Shown: positions 38,419-48,644 of the stretch, piece by piece | Layout: each line of letters begins with the position of its first letter | How positions within the stretch are numbered: position 1 is the stretch's first letter | Sequence record: SRR20825006_652 | Direction: 5' to 3' (one strand) | Length of the DNA stretch: 58,985 bases | The notes under the pieces: model-generated | Databases searched by the model: none | The model's input: only the letters and a program-made list of their open reading frames with translations | Told to the model about the DNA's origin: nothing | Translations under genes and position numbers: made by a program

Positions 38419-40137
38419 CTACCTATTCAATGCTACGTAAGTTGTGATAATACCTGTGATTGTGGAAATGCCTGCTAGCCAAAGTTGAACGCGTTGGTTT
38501 TTCAATTGCCCGCGTTGATATTCGTAGGTTTGCTTGGATGAGAATTCAACAACGGGTTGTTTGTCTACAAATATACGATCACCAGATTCTAATTGTGCTT
38601 CATTTGGCTTATACCATGCACCACTTCCTGCTTTTATAATAAAAACGCGGTCTTCATCTGCGGCTAAGGCAAATCCACCTGCTTTTGATATGTACTCGTT
38701 TACAGATACAACGCTAGATGATAAGTATGGGAAATAACCAGGTTTGTTTACTTGCCCAAAAATAAAAATGGTGTGCTCGTCTTTTGGAATATAAAGGCTA
38801 TCACCGCTAAAAATCTTTAGTTGTTGAAGTTGGTCAATGTCTCCTAGATCTAAGAAGACTCTATTTTGACTTAGCCTAGTTTCACTTTCAAAATATTCTA
38901 CACCTTCAACTAATTGGTCAGAGGTTCTTAACATTAAGCTAGCGTTAAACTTATTAGGAATTTCGTTTTCGAATCTCGTTCCCCGTATCAGATAGGCACT
39001 AGCTGGCAAAGCTTCATCGGTTAATCCACCACTTAGATTAAGGAGGTCGCTAGCAGAAGTCTTGCCGGTTACAATTGGAAAACTTCCAGGTATTTTAACT
39101 TCACCAAGAACCCAAGCGGAGCCTTGTATAGGTTTAGATCTGTCGTAAGGCACTACAATACGGTCGTTAGGAGCTAGCTCAAAGTTAGCCCACTCATTGG
39201 TTCCTAATTCAATCATCTCAACAGTATCAGTTTGACGTCGGTAGACAATTATTTTTGAACGATCTGCTGATTCTTCAAAACCACCACTAATGGCTAAAAG
39301 TGAAGCTGGGGTATCACCTTTTTTATACTCTAACTCATATCCATAATTTACAGCTCCAGAAATGCTAACGGTTGGAGTTCTTGGCGTTACCATTTTAATA
39401 GTGATTTGATCTCCATCACGTATAATTGGGTTTCCTTGTAAATCACCGGCTCTAAAGTAGCTGATTAAATCGGCGGTAGATTTTTCTCCATTGCTGTGTG
39501 TAATGGAAATGTTGCGATATGAGTATATACCTTCATCCAAAAGTTGACTGGTATTTTGAGGAGCTAGAACCAACGAATCGTTTAAAGATTTTTTAGGTAA
39601 AGACATTGTCGCTAAGAAGATGGCTAAATCAACACGAGTTTGAGCTGGCAATACAAATTTACCTGGCGATGGAATAGCCCCATTAACATGGATATTTACT
39701 GGGCGAGGAATTTCAACAGAGATTGAAATTATTGGCTTTTTATAAGCTACACTTGCGGCTTCAGTAATTACTCTTTCAGCTTCTAAAACTGTTAAGGAAT
39801 TTATATTTACAGAGCCAATTGAAGGGATAATTACTTCTCCAGAAGCATTAATGAGAAGGCCCCTGAGAACCATATTTTGAATCGTTTCGATTTGAATCGA
39901 AATAAGATCGTTTGGCCCCAGGATATAGGTAGCTTTATCAATGCTACCTTCGTAAGTAAGACCTTCTATTGCTAGTTGGAGACCAGTTGGGTCTTGGAAG
40001 TAGAATCCACCCAGGCCATTTGAACTACTTATGTTTAAAGAATTTTGTGAAGAGGTGTTTCCCGAGGTCTGAGCGATAGCATTGGAAAAAATGAAAAAGG
40101 ATAATGCTAGTAAAAAGAGCGGTTGAAATCGTCTCAT
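38419..40137 (-). CDS. polysaccharide export protein with multiple SLBB domains (Wza/KpsD-like)
   Basis: Signal peptide; YILGPND poly-export motif; repeated V.G.V..PG / AGG / GD.I.V SLBB units; C-terminal helix. Confidence 0.88.
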   Translation of the reverse strand: MRRFQPLFLLALSFFIFSNAIAQTSGNTSSQNSLNISSSNGLGGFYFQDPTGLQLAIEGLTYEGSIDKATYILGPNDLISIQIETIQNMVLRGLLINASGEVIIPSIGSVNINSLTVLEAERVITEAASVAYKKPIISISVEIPRPVNIHVNGAIPSPGKFVLPAQTRVDLAIFLATMSLPKKSLNDSLVLAPQNTSQLLDEGIYSYRNISITHSNGEKSTADLISYFRAGDLQGNPIIRDGDQITIKMVTPRTPTVSISGAVNYGYELEYKKGDTPASLLAISGGFEESADRSKIIVYRRQTDTVEMIELGTNEWANFELAPNDRIVVPYDRSKPIQGSAWVLGEVKIPGSFPIVTGKTSASDLLNLSGGLTDEALPASAYLIRGTRFENEIPNKFNASLMLRTSDQLVEGVEYFESETRLSQNRVFLDLGDIDQLQQLKIFSGDSLYIPKDEHTIFIFGQVNKPGYFPYLSSSVVSVNEYISKAGGFALAADEDRVFIIKAGSGAWYKPNEAQLESGDRIFVDKQPVVEFSSKQTYEYQRGQLKNQRVQLWLAGISTITGIITTYVALNR

Positions 40138-40164
40138 ATATATGTCGTATTCGAAAGTCGAAAT

Positions 40165-41046
40165 TTATTTTTTAAAACGTGCCAGTATAATACCAACTAT
40201 TACAAAAAGAGCACCAATATATTGAAATAGAGTGAGTTGTTCATCTAAAATTATTGCTCCAAATATCAAACCGAGCACAGGGACTAGATTTTGATATGCG
40301 GCGGTTCTAACCGCCCCTAATTTATGAACTCCATTGTTCCAGATAAGATAAGCAATACCTACTGATAATAAACCACTATATAGTACGCCTCCGTAACTTT
40401 TTACTGAAATTTGCCCCCAGTCTAGAGTTATTAACGAAGGTAGACCGACGATGGTTAAACTAATAAGTCCGACTAACGACATAAAGGTAGAAAACTGAGT
40501 TGAATTATAAATCTTCAAATACTTTTTAGAGAGAATGGTATAAGCTGACCAAACAATGGCTGCAAAAATAATGATCAAATCGCCTATAAAAGTTTCAGAT
40601 TCAAAGGAGATTGGATTTTTACCGCCAGTGATAATCCCACAAATACCAGCAAAAGCGAAAAGAATACCTATAGTTGTAATGGGTGTTAATTTTTCGTCAG
40701 AAAAGAACTGCGAAAATAACGCAACCCATATCGGAATGGTGCCAAGCATAACGGCAGCATTAGATGAGTAGGTGTAATTTAAGCCAATTATAAAAGAGAG
40801 TTGATAAACAAGATTTCCAAGAAGCCCGAGAGCTACCATCTTCCAGAAGTGTTCTTTTTTTACTTTTATAGAAACGCCACGTTTCCATGCAACGATGTAC
40901 AAAATCAAGAACGCAAAAATAAACCGAAGGACGTTAAAACTATTAGGGTCTATTTCCTGAAGCGAAATTTTAGCTACACTAAAGTTTAGAGCCCACATAA
41001 TGGCAACTACTACTAGGCTTAGGTCGGTAAGATATTTTTTAAACAA
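40165..41046 (-). CDS. DMT/EamA family transporter
   Basis: TTG start; 10 TMs in two EamA repeats (WALNF.VAK, LRF, NLVPV). Confidence 0.92.
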   Translation of the reverse strand: MFKKYLTDLSLVVVAIMWALNFSVAKISLQEIDPNSFNVLRFIFAFLILYIVAWKRGVSIKVKKEHFWKMVALGLLGNLVYQLSFIIGLNYTYSSNAAVMLGTIPIWVALFSQFFSDEKLTPITTIGILFAFAGICGIITGGKNPISFESETFIGDLIIIFAAIVWSAYTILSKKYLKIYNSTQFSTFMSLVGLISLTIVGLPSLITLDWGQISVKSYGGVLYSGLLSVGIAYLIWNNGVHKLGAVRTAAYQNLVPVLGLIFGAIILDEQLTLFQYIGALFVIVGIILARFKK

Positions 41047-41182
41047 TACAGGGTATTTGAGTGCGAGAAAAAGTACAGGTTTTTGAGCATTTATACTGTC
41101 TCAATGGGAAGAATAAATTCATAAAAAAATTATAGTAACTATTTACTAATGTTCGTAACTTTTGAACTTGTATTTAATAAAA

Positions 41183-41195
41183 TGACTTAAAGTCA
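41183..41195. promoter_or_regulatory. TetR operator candidate 1 (TGACT-TAA-AGTCA)
   Basis: Palindrome ending 4 nt before the tetR ATG; a second copy lies at the tetR stop. Confidence 0.72.
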
Positions 41196-41199
41196 GAAA

Positions 41200-41874
41200 A
41201 TGGGAATTCCAGAACGAAAAGAAAGAGAAAAAGAACGGAAGCGTTCTTTGATGATAAAGGCCGCCGAAGAGTTAATTCAGGAAAAGGGTTTGGCGAATCT
41301 TAATATGGATGAGGTTGCTCTTCGCGCTGAAGTGAGTAAAGGATCTTTGTATCAATATTTTAATACCAAAACGAATCTCATTCTTGGAATCTGTGATAAA
41401 GCCTCATCTTTATTTAATGAAGAGGTAGCGAAGGTTTTGGGTAAAGATTTACCGGGCCTTCAATTGGTGTATTTAATTGGCGAAACCTTCTTAAAATTTG
41501 TTACCGAGCACCCTGAGTATTTTAGAGCTATGCGCTTTCTAGATACACTAAAAGAAGTAAATGAGGTGGATGGTAGTGGCTATTTTAAATCTTGTGTTGC
41601 GCATAGACACAGTACTTTTACATGTACAGTACGAGCTATACAGATTGGAATGCAGGATGGAAGTATCAACTCATCTTATGATGCTAAAGAATTAGCTGTG
41701 TTAATCTGGAGCACCTCACATGGACTTGTGAGCTTGGTGTATCAGAATCAAAATAATCAGAACCATGATCTGTTGGACCAATTAGATTTAGATATACACT
41801 CTTTATTAAAAGGGTACATAAAATTAATTGGCTGTGGTATAGCAAACGATGGAAGTAAAAATAAATATGACTAA
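41200..41874 (+). CDS. TetR/AcrR family transcriptional regulator
   Basis: N-terminal HTH: AAEELIQEKG...MDEVA.RAEVSKGSLYQYF..K. Confidence 0.95.
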   Translation: MGIPERKEREKERKRSLMIKAAEELIQEKGLANLNMDEVALRAEVSKGSLYQYFNTKTNLILGICDKASSLFNEEVAKVLGKDLPGLQLVYLIGETFLKFVTEHPEYFRAMRFLDTLKEVNEVDGSGYFKSCVAHRHSTFTCTVRAIQIGMQDGSINSSYDAKELAVLIWSTSHGLVSLVYQNQNNQNHDLLDQLDLDIHSLLKGYIKLIGCGIANDGSKNKYD

Positions 41875-41881
41875 CAGTCAT
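41867..41881. promoter_or_regulatory. TetR operator candidate 2 (ATGACT-AAC-AGTCAT)
   Basis: Same TGACT-N3-AGTCA core, overlapping the tetR TAA and upstream of tolC. Confidence 0.72.
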
Positions 41882-41927
41882 TTTTTTGTAACTAAATGAA
41901 CATCTTTCCGTAGGTCAGCGCCGACTT

Positions 41928-43418
41928 ATGAATAGACTTTATAAACTCAACGAACAAAATTTAATGCAGAATAAAATTTTAAACCGCTCACTATTACTCT
42001 TTCTGGTTATATGGGCTTTGGTAGGCACAAAAATGGCCGTCTCACAAGACATTCAAAAGGGGCAAGAAATTTCGCTTGATCAAATGATTGAAATGGCAAT
42101 TGCTAATAGTCCTGAGATTAAGCGAGCTTTGCTAGCAGTTAAAGATGCAGATCAGCTTGTGAAGATTGCATATGGTGAAGTTTTCCCTGATGTAACTTCT
42201 TCGATTAGCTACACTAAGAATATTGAAATTCCCGTGAATTATATACCTGCGAAACTTTTCGATCCAACAGCACCTGATGGTTTGTTAGCTCCTGTTGAGT
42301 TTGGAACCGATAATAATTGGCAAGGTGGATTTACAGTAGAACAGAACTTATTTAAAGGAGAAGCTTTAGTAGGAATTAGTAGTTCTACGGTATTTAAATT
42401 AGTTCAACAAGAAAATTTTAGAGCAATCAGCCAGCAAATTATTACTCAGGTTCGAGTAGCCTATTATAGTGTGTTGGCTGCCAATGAGCAGTTAAGATTA
42501 CAACAAGCTCAGATTGATAGATTAGATCAGAATATTAAAGAAAATGAAGTTCGTGCAAAAGCAGGTGTTATTGATGAGTATGATGTGCTTAGGCTAAAAG
42601 TACAGTTAAGCAATCAAACGCCATTGTTGGTACAAGCTAAATATGCCCTAGCTGAAGCTTATAGAACTCTTAAGGTTATATCGGGCTTGCCAAATACTTT
42701 TGATTTTAAAGTTAAAGGCAACTTGAACAGCTTTGATATCCTTTCAAAGGATGCTAATAACACAGATAATTTAAAAATTAAAGAGATTGACCGAATGAAC
42801 CCATTCGAATTTAGTGCTCTTAGTGTTGATCCTGCAGACTTGGTAGCTTATCGTGGAGACCTACGTGTTATTGACGCAACAATTGGTTTAAAAGATAAAG
42901 AAATCACGGCAGTGAAAAGTCGCTTTCTACCCACACTTACAGCTTCTTACAATTTACAATGGAGTGCAGCTGAACCAGGTGCGCCAACCTTCTTTGAGAA
43001 TAGTAATCGCTTTCAAACTTTTGGCTTAAATTTAAGCTTTCCTCTTTTTCAAGGTTTTGAGCGTGTTGCCAATGTGAACCGTGCGAATATTCAGAGAAAA
43101 GATTTAGAAGAGCAAAAAAGGGCAACCTTCTTAACAGCTAATAATGAAGTTGCTTCGGCATCTGAAAAAGTGAACGAAACTTTTGAAACATCTAATGCTC
43201 GTAAAGCAGCAGTGAGTTTAGCAAAAGATGGATATGAAAGAGCAAAGCGAAGATTCGAAAATGGCTTGGGTTCTCAGTTAGAGTTGACCGAGGCAGAGAT
43301 TCAAGTTCGTGAAGCTGAAGTAAATTACGCCATTATGGTATTTAATTATCTCTCCGCAAAAGCACAGTATGATCTTGCTACAGGCATGGTTCCTTTTGTA
43401 GATACAACCCGAGACTAA
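41928..43418 (+). CDS. TolC-family outer membrane efflux protein (true start possibly ATG 41964)
   Basis: Signal peptide; ISLDQMIEMA, QNLFKG, FLPTL, FPLFQG, RFENG OEP repeats. Confidence 0.92.
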   Translation: MNRLYKLNEQNLMQNKILNRSLLLFLVIWALVGTKMAVSQDIQKGQEISLDQMIEMAIANSPEIKRALLAVKDADQLVKIAYGEVFPDVTSSISYTKNIEIPVNYIPAKLFDPTAPDGLLAPVEFGTDNNWQGGFTVEQNLFKGEALVGISSSTVFKLVQQENFRAISQQIITQVRVAYYSVLAANEQLRLQQAQIDRLDQNIKENEVRAKAGVIDEYDVLRLKVQLSNQTPLLVQAKYALAEAYRTLKVISGLPNTFDFKVKGNLNSFDILSKDANNTDNLKIKEIDRMNPFEFSALSVDPADLVAYRGDLRVIDATIGLKDKEITAVKSRFLPTLTASYNLQWSAAEPGAPTFFENSNRFQTFGLNLSFPLFQGFERVANVNRANIQRKDLEEQKRATFLTANNEVASASEKVNETFETSNARKAAVSLAKDGYERAKRRFENGLGSQLELTEAEIQVREAEVNYAIMVFNYLSAKAQYDLATGMVPFVDTTRD

Positions 43419-43425
43419 GATTTTA

Positions 43426-44535
43426 ATGAACATTTCAAAAAACAAACTAATGACAAAAAGATATTTAGCAATATTATTAAGCGTAAGCCTTACGGTTGTA
43501 GGGTGTTCTGGTGAGGGAGAAAAAGTAGAAACAGTACCAGATGAGATAGTGAAAACAGTAAATGTATCTACAAAAACTATTGAAAACTCTACTTTTACTA
43601 GTTATTTACAAGTTGTAGGTACGGTAGAAACAACCAACGATATCCTTATTTCTTCGGAAGTAAGTGGTAGAGTAGTTTCTTACAAAGCCAAGATTGGCCA
43701 AGCTGTAAAGAAAGGAGATGTAATTCTTAAAATAGACGACTCTAAGCTGAAACAAGAAAAAATTCGTCTTGAGTCGATTACAGCACAAACCAAAGATTCT
43801 TATACTAGATTAAAGAAAATCTATGAAGAGGATAACATTGGTTCTGAACTCGATTACTTAAATGCAAAACATGCCTACGATCAAAGTACCTCAGTATTAG
43901 AATCGATTAAAGTAGATTTAGAAAATACCAACATTAAAGCTCCTTTTAATGGGCGTTTAGAAACTATATTGGTTGAAGAGGGCGAAATGGTAAGCCCAGG
44001 AATGCAAGTTGTTCGCCTGATAGGCTCGGATGAATTTGTGATTTCTGCCGGTGTGCCAGCAAGATATGCGGATGTTATTAAACAGGGTGATAACGTTGAG
44101 TTTTGGTTTGATTCTCAAGCTAAAGACACTCTTTCAGGTACAATCAGTTATGTTGGGAATAGCATTAATACTCAGAACAGAACCTTCAGCATAGAAACCA
44201 AACTTCCGAATAACGACGGTCGTTTTAAAGTGGATATGATCGTAAACATGAGGCTTAGAACGCTTAAACGTAATGATGTTATTATTGAAAGTGAAGAGTT
44301 TGTGTACTCAAAGAAAGATGGTTATGTAGTATACGTGCTTGCTGAAAATGAAGAAGGCAAACAAGTAGCAGAAGAGCGTTTGGTAAACTTAGGTCCTTCT
44401 TATAGAACAGAAGTTATTATTGAAAACGGATTAGAGGTGGGCGACAACTTGATTACCATCGGCTCTGCTTTCTTAAATGACGGGATGCGCATAAATGTGC
44501 TTAATAAACAAGAGCAACCATTAGCGGCTCAATAA
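43426..44535 (+). CDS. RND efflux periplasmic adaptor (lipoprotein)
   Basis: Lipobox VVGC; SEVSGRV, GQAVKKGD, IKAPFNG, GLEVGD. Confidence 0.93.
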   Translation: MNISKNKLMTKRYLAILLSVSLTVVGCSGEGEKVETVPDEIVKTVNVSTKTIENSTFTSYLQVVGTVETTNDILISSEVSGRVVSYKAKIGQAVKKGDVILKIDDSKLKQEKIRLESITAQTKDSYTRLKKIYEEDNIGSELDYLNAKHAYDQSTSVLESIKVDLENTNIKAPFNGRLETILVEEGEMVSPGMQVVRLIGSDEFVISAGVPARYADVIKQGDNVEFWFDSQAKDTLSGTISYVGNSINTQNRTFSIETKLPNNDGRFKVDMIVNMRLRTLKRNDVIIESEEFVYSKKDGYVVYVLAENEEGKQVAEERLVNLGPSYRTEVIIENGLEVGDNLITIGSAFLNDGMRINVLNKQEQPLAAQ

Positions 44536-44559
44536 GAACCATTATACTTTAATAAATTT

Positions 44560-47500
44560 ATGAGCACAGAATATAATAATAGCCCCAATGGAGAAAAGGG
44601 AAACGGAGCCGCGAAAAGCTCTGATACCGACTCCAGTCACGATAGAAAAGAATTTTGGTTATCCTCATTTTCGATTAATAACAGGATTAGTATCCTTGTT
44701 CTTATCACTCTAGTTTCTGTATTAGGGATTGTGTCTTACATCACTATTCCGAAAGAATCGTTTCCGAGTATTACCATACCGAATATCTTCGTAGTAACAG
44801 TTTATCCGGGCGTTTCGCCAGAGGATATGGAAAGTTTGGTGACTCGAAAACTTGAAGATGAATTAGGTACTATATCTGAAGTTAAAACGATGACGTCTAC
44901 CTCTTCAGAGGGGTACTCAAGCGTAAATCTTGAATTTACAACCGACGTTGATATAGAAGATGCTCTCCAAAAAGTTAGAGAGAAAGTAGATCTAGCGAAG
45001 GCAGAGCTCCCTGAAGATGCAGAAGAACCAACTGTACAGGAAGTGAACTTGTCTGAACTTCCAATTATGCAGGTTAATATTTCGGGTGGTTATGATTTAG
45101 ATATCCTAAAAGAAATAGCTGAAGATCTCCAAGACAGAATCGAGCAAGTTCCATCAGTATTAGGGGTGGATTTAACGGGTGGGCTAGAACGTGAGGTTCA
45201 AGTTGATGTAGACCTTCCTAAAATGAAGTACTACAATATCACATTCATGGATATTATAACTGCGATTTCAAACGAAAACGTGACTATTCCTGGCGGTGAT
45301 ATTTCAGTAGGAACTAAGAAATTCTTATTGCGTGTTCCTGGTCAGTATGAAAATACTGAGCCACTTGAAGACATTGTAATTAAGGGCGAAAATAGGGAGC
45401 CTATTTATGTCCGTGATGTAGCAAAGGTAACATTTGGGTACAAAGAAAGAGAAACGTATTCCACGTTAGATGATGCTCCTGTAATTACACTCGGAATTAA
45501 AAAACGCTCTGGCGAAAACATCCTTGAAACAGCCAAAAATGTAAAGGCTATTTTAGACGAACAGATTCCTCTACTTCCCCCAACTACTACTTATAAAATC
45601 ACAAACGATCAGAGTAAGCAAGTAGTGAGCATGGTGAGTAATCTAGAGAACAACATCATTTCTGGTTTGTTCTTAGTTGTGGGTGTTTTGTTATTCTTCT
45701 TAGGGGTTAGAAACTCATCGTTTGTAGGTATTTCTATTCCAATGTCGATGTTTCTTTCATTCATTATTCTAAGTGCTGTAGGCATTACAATGAACATGAT
45801 CGTACTTTTCTCTCTAATTTTAGCACTTGGGATGTTAGTAGATAATGCCATTGTAGTAGTAGAGAATATTTATCGCTTTCTAGAGGAAGGTTACGATAGA
45901 TTTGAAGCTGCTAAGAAAGGAACGGGCGAAGTAGCTATTCCAATTATTTCTGGTACGGCAACAACAGTTGCAGCTTTTGCACCGATGGTGTTTTGGCCGG
46001 GAGTAACTGGTGAGTTTATGAGCTATCTACCTAAAACGTTAATCATAACGTTGAGTAGTTCTTTGTTTGTAGGATTGGTAATTAATCCTGTTATTTGCGC
46101 ACTTTTTATGGAAGTAGATGGCGCTAAAGGTAAAGCTACATTAACTCGAGATGGAAAAATGATTCTTAGCTTTGCGGGGTTGGCTATTCTTGTTATCGCA
46201 CTTCTCATAAGCTTTCTGACAGGTGGAATAACTGGGTTTAGTATTAGCATCACAATGTTAGTTATACTTAGTTTCTTATTCTGGTTATTAAATAAATACT
46301 TCTTAAACCCAGTTGGGAATTGGTGGCAAAATAATGGATTAAATACCGTACTTAATAAGTATGAATCAACACTTACTTGGTCATTGAATCATCGTCTAAT
46401 GGTGGTATTCTTAGCAGTAGTTGTGTTTATATCTAGTATAGGTGTACTAACCGCATTCAACCCTGGGGTTGAATTTTTCCCTGAAGATATACCCCCGAGT
46501 GATGTGTATGTACAAATTGAAGCTCCAATAGGCTCTGATGTTGAGTTTACAAAAACTTTAATAGATGAAGCGAAAGCCAGAATTACCAATTTGCCCTATT
46601 TCAGCGATGTAAACTCAGTGCTAGCCACTTCCGGTGCAGTTATCTCAAATGACATGAGTGGCGGCGGTGGAAATGTAACGAACAAAGGTACCATTGCCAT
46701 AAATTTCAAAGATTATCAATTACGTGAAGGTGATGTGTTTGAAGCGATGGAATTTCTTCGTAATGATTTAAATAAAAATATTGTCGGTGCAAAAATCACA
46801 GTAGAAAAACCAGCAGATGGACCTCCAACGGGCCCTCCAATTAACTTGGAAATTGCTGGCACGGACATGAGTGTTTTGACAAAAATATCAAACGACATCC
46901 TCGATATTATTGAAGGAGATTCTATTTACGCAAAAATGGATGGCCTGAAATCAGATTTGCCAGAAGCACGTCCTGAAATACGTGTTACCGTTGATCGTGA
47001 AAAAGCTGCTCTATATGAACTTTCTACAAACGCAATTGGGATGACCATTCGTCAAGCAATTAACGGGGTAGAAGCTTCAAAATTCAGAGATGGAAAAGAG
47101 GAGTACGATATCGTAGTTCGTCTAGATAAACAGTATCGAGAAGATTTAAGTACCCTTGCTGATTTAACAATTTCACATGAAGGAAATCAAATTCCGCTGT
47201 CTGAAGTTGCTACATGGGAAATTAGTAATGGATTAGGTGGTATTCGCCACAAAGATTCAGATCGAGTTATTACCATTAGCGCTGACAATCGTTCTGATTA
47301 TCAAGCAAATGCTGTGTTAGAGGAAGCAAAAATTGTTTTAGCTGATTATCTAGCAAATATGCCAACAGGATATTCACATGACTGGACAGGGCAGCAACAA
47401 GAGCAAGATGAAACCTTTCAATTTCTTGGAACTGCATTCTTAATCGCAATTTTCTTAATTGCCTTCATTCTTGTTTCACAGTTCAATTCAATTGCAAAGC

Positions 47501-48090
47501 CAATGATTATTCTTAGCTCGGTAATTATGTCTACTGCTGGCGTATTTTTCGGGTTAGTAACATTTCAGATGGCCTTTGGGTTGATGGCCTTCCTCGGAAT
47601 TATTTCGCTAGCGGGTGTAGTAGTAAACAATGCAATTGTACTAATCGATTACGTAGATATTTTACGTGAACGTGATGGCTTACCATTGCGAGAAGCATTG
47701 CTACAAGCTGGTAAAGTTCGTTTCCGGCCTGTTATACTAACGGCGGTAACTACAACATTAGGTTTGGTTCCATTAGCGATTGGATTCAATTTCGATTTCC
47801 TAGTACTTGTACAGGAACCGCTATTATTCTTCACTCACCTAAGTGAATATGTATATATGGGTGGCGAGCAAGCAGCTTGGTGGGGACCAATGGCAATTTC
47901 AGTAATTGTAGGTCTTATTTTCTCTACAGCGCTTACTCTAATTCTAGTTCCTGTGCTTTATAGCTTGTTTGAACGAGGAAGAAGAGGCTTAAACAAAATA
48001 ATGTTTGGTACAGAAGAGCCAGGAATCATTAAAGATCAAAGCTCTTTAAATGCTGCTAGATCTGAGAAAAAAGAATATGAGTTAAGCTAG
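44560..48090 (+). CDS. RND efflux permease (AcrB/MdtB-like)
   Basis: PKESFP, YPGVSPEDME, LGMLVDNAIVVVENI, GVVVNNAIVLID, RFRPVILTAVTT. Confidence 0.95.
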   Translation: MSTEYNNSPNGEKGNGAAKSSDTDSSHDRKEFWLSSFSINNRISILVLITLVSVLGIVSYITIPKESFPSITIPNIFVVTVYPGVSPEDMESLVTRKLEDELGTISEVKTMTSTSSEGYSSVNLEFTTDVDIEDALQKVREKVDLAKAELPEDAEEPTVQEVNLSELPIMQVNISGGYDLDILKEIAEDLQDRIEQVPSVLGVDLTGGLEREVQVDVDLPKMKYYNITFMDIITAISNENVTIPGGDISVGTKKFLLRVPGQYENTEPLEDIVIKGENREPIYVRDVAKVTFGYKERETYSTLDDAPVITLGIKKRSGENILETAKNVKAILDEQIPLLPPTTTYKITNDQSKQVVSMVSNLENNIISGLFLVVGVLLFFLGVRNSSFVGISIPMSMFLSFIILSAVGITMNMIVLFSLILALGMLVDNAIVVVENIYRFLEEGYDRFEAAKKGTGEVAIPIISGTATTVAAFAPMVFWPGVTGEFMSYLPKTLIITLSSSLFVGLVINPVICALFMEVDGAKGKATLTRDGKMILSFAGLAILVIALLISFLTGGITGFSISITMLVILSFLFWLLNKYFLNPVGNWWQNNGLNTVLNKYESTLTWSLNHRLMVVFLAVVVFISSIGVLTAFNPGVEFFPEDIPPSDVYVQIEAPIGSDVEFTKTLIDEAKARITNLPYFSDVNSVLATSGAVISNDMSGGGGNVTNKGTIAINFKDYQLREGDVFEAMEFLRNDLNKNIVGAKITVEKPADGPPTGPPINLEIAGTDMSVLTKISNDILDIIEGDSIYAKMDGLKSDLPEARPEIRVTVDREKAALYELSTNAIGMTIRQAINGVEASKFRDGKEEYDIVVRLDKQYREDLSTLADLTISHEGNQIPLSEVATWEISNGLGGIRHKDSDRVITISADNRSDYQANAVLEEAKIVLADYLANMPTGYSHDWTGQQQEQDETFQFLGTAFLIAIFLIAFILVSQFNSIAKPMIILSSVIMSTAGVFFGLVTFQMAFGLMAFLGIISLAGVVVNNAIVLIDYVDILRERDGLPLREALLQAGKVRFRPVILTAVTTTLGLVPLAIGFNFDFLVLVQEPLLFFTHLSEYVYMGGEQAAWWGPMAISVIVGLIFSTALTLILVPVLYSLFERGRRGLNKIMFGTEEPGIIKDQSSLNAARSEKKEYELS

Positions 48091-48118
48091 GCACTAATTT
48101 GCTTTGTTTTGAAGTTAT

Positions 48119-48148
48119 AAAAAAAGGCGTCGGATAGACGCCTTTTTT
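48119..48148 (+). terminator. intrinsic terminator of the RND operon
   Basis: A7-GGCGTC-GGATA-GACGCC-T6. Confidence 0.88.
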
Positions 48149-48225
48149 GTTGTTACATTTTCCATTTTCATTGTAAAATCTGCTATCTTTATGCATCAAC
48201 TAAAACTTGAAAGAAATTATTTATC

Positions 48226-48633
48226 GTGATTCAACGAATCCAGTCTATTTTTTTAGCACTCGCCATTTTATGCACTCTTTCCGTGGTATTTACTCCTATT
48301 TATGATAGAGCTATGGAAGACCCTCAAAATTGGATAGGTATCGGTTTATCTGCAAGCTTACTAATAGCTATGCTCCTAGATATTATTAGCATTGGGCTTT
48401 ATCAGAAAAGAAAAAATCAGATTAGTTGGGTAAAACGGGCGATGGCTTTTCAAGTGATTGGTATTGGTTTTGGATTAGGAGTTCTGTTTTCTTTAGGAGG
48501 AATTGGAACTTATTTGTGGGATGAAGCCATTGGCTGTGGGTTAGCCGTTTTAGCTTTAATTTTCCAAATACTGGCTTTGCGCTCTATCAATAAAGATGAA
48601 AAATTAGTACGATCCATAGATCGTATCAGATAA
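48226..48633 (+). CDS. DUF4293 family membrane protein
   Basis: GTG start; MIQRIQS.FL N-terminus and I.KDEKLVRS.DRIR C-terminus; 4 TMs. Confidence 0.85.
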   Translation: MIQRIQSIFLALAILCTLSVVFTPIYDRAMEDPQNWIGIGLSASLLIAMLLDIISIGLYQKRKNQISWVKRAMAFQVIGIGFGLGVLFSLGGIGTYLWDEAIGCGLAVLALIFQILALRSINKDEKLVRSIDRIR

Positions 48634-48644
48634 TAAGTACGTTC

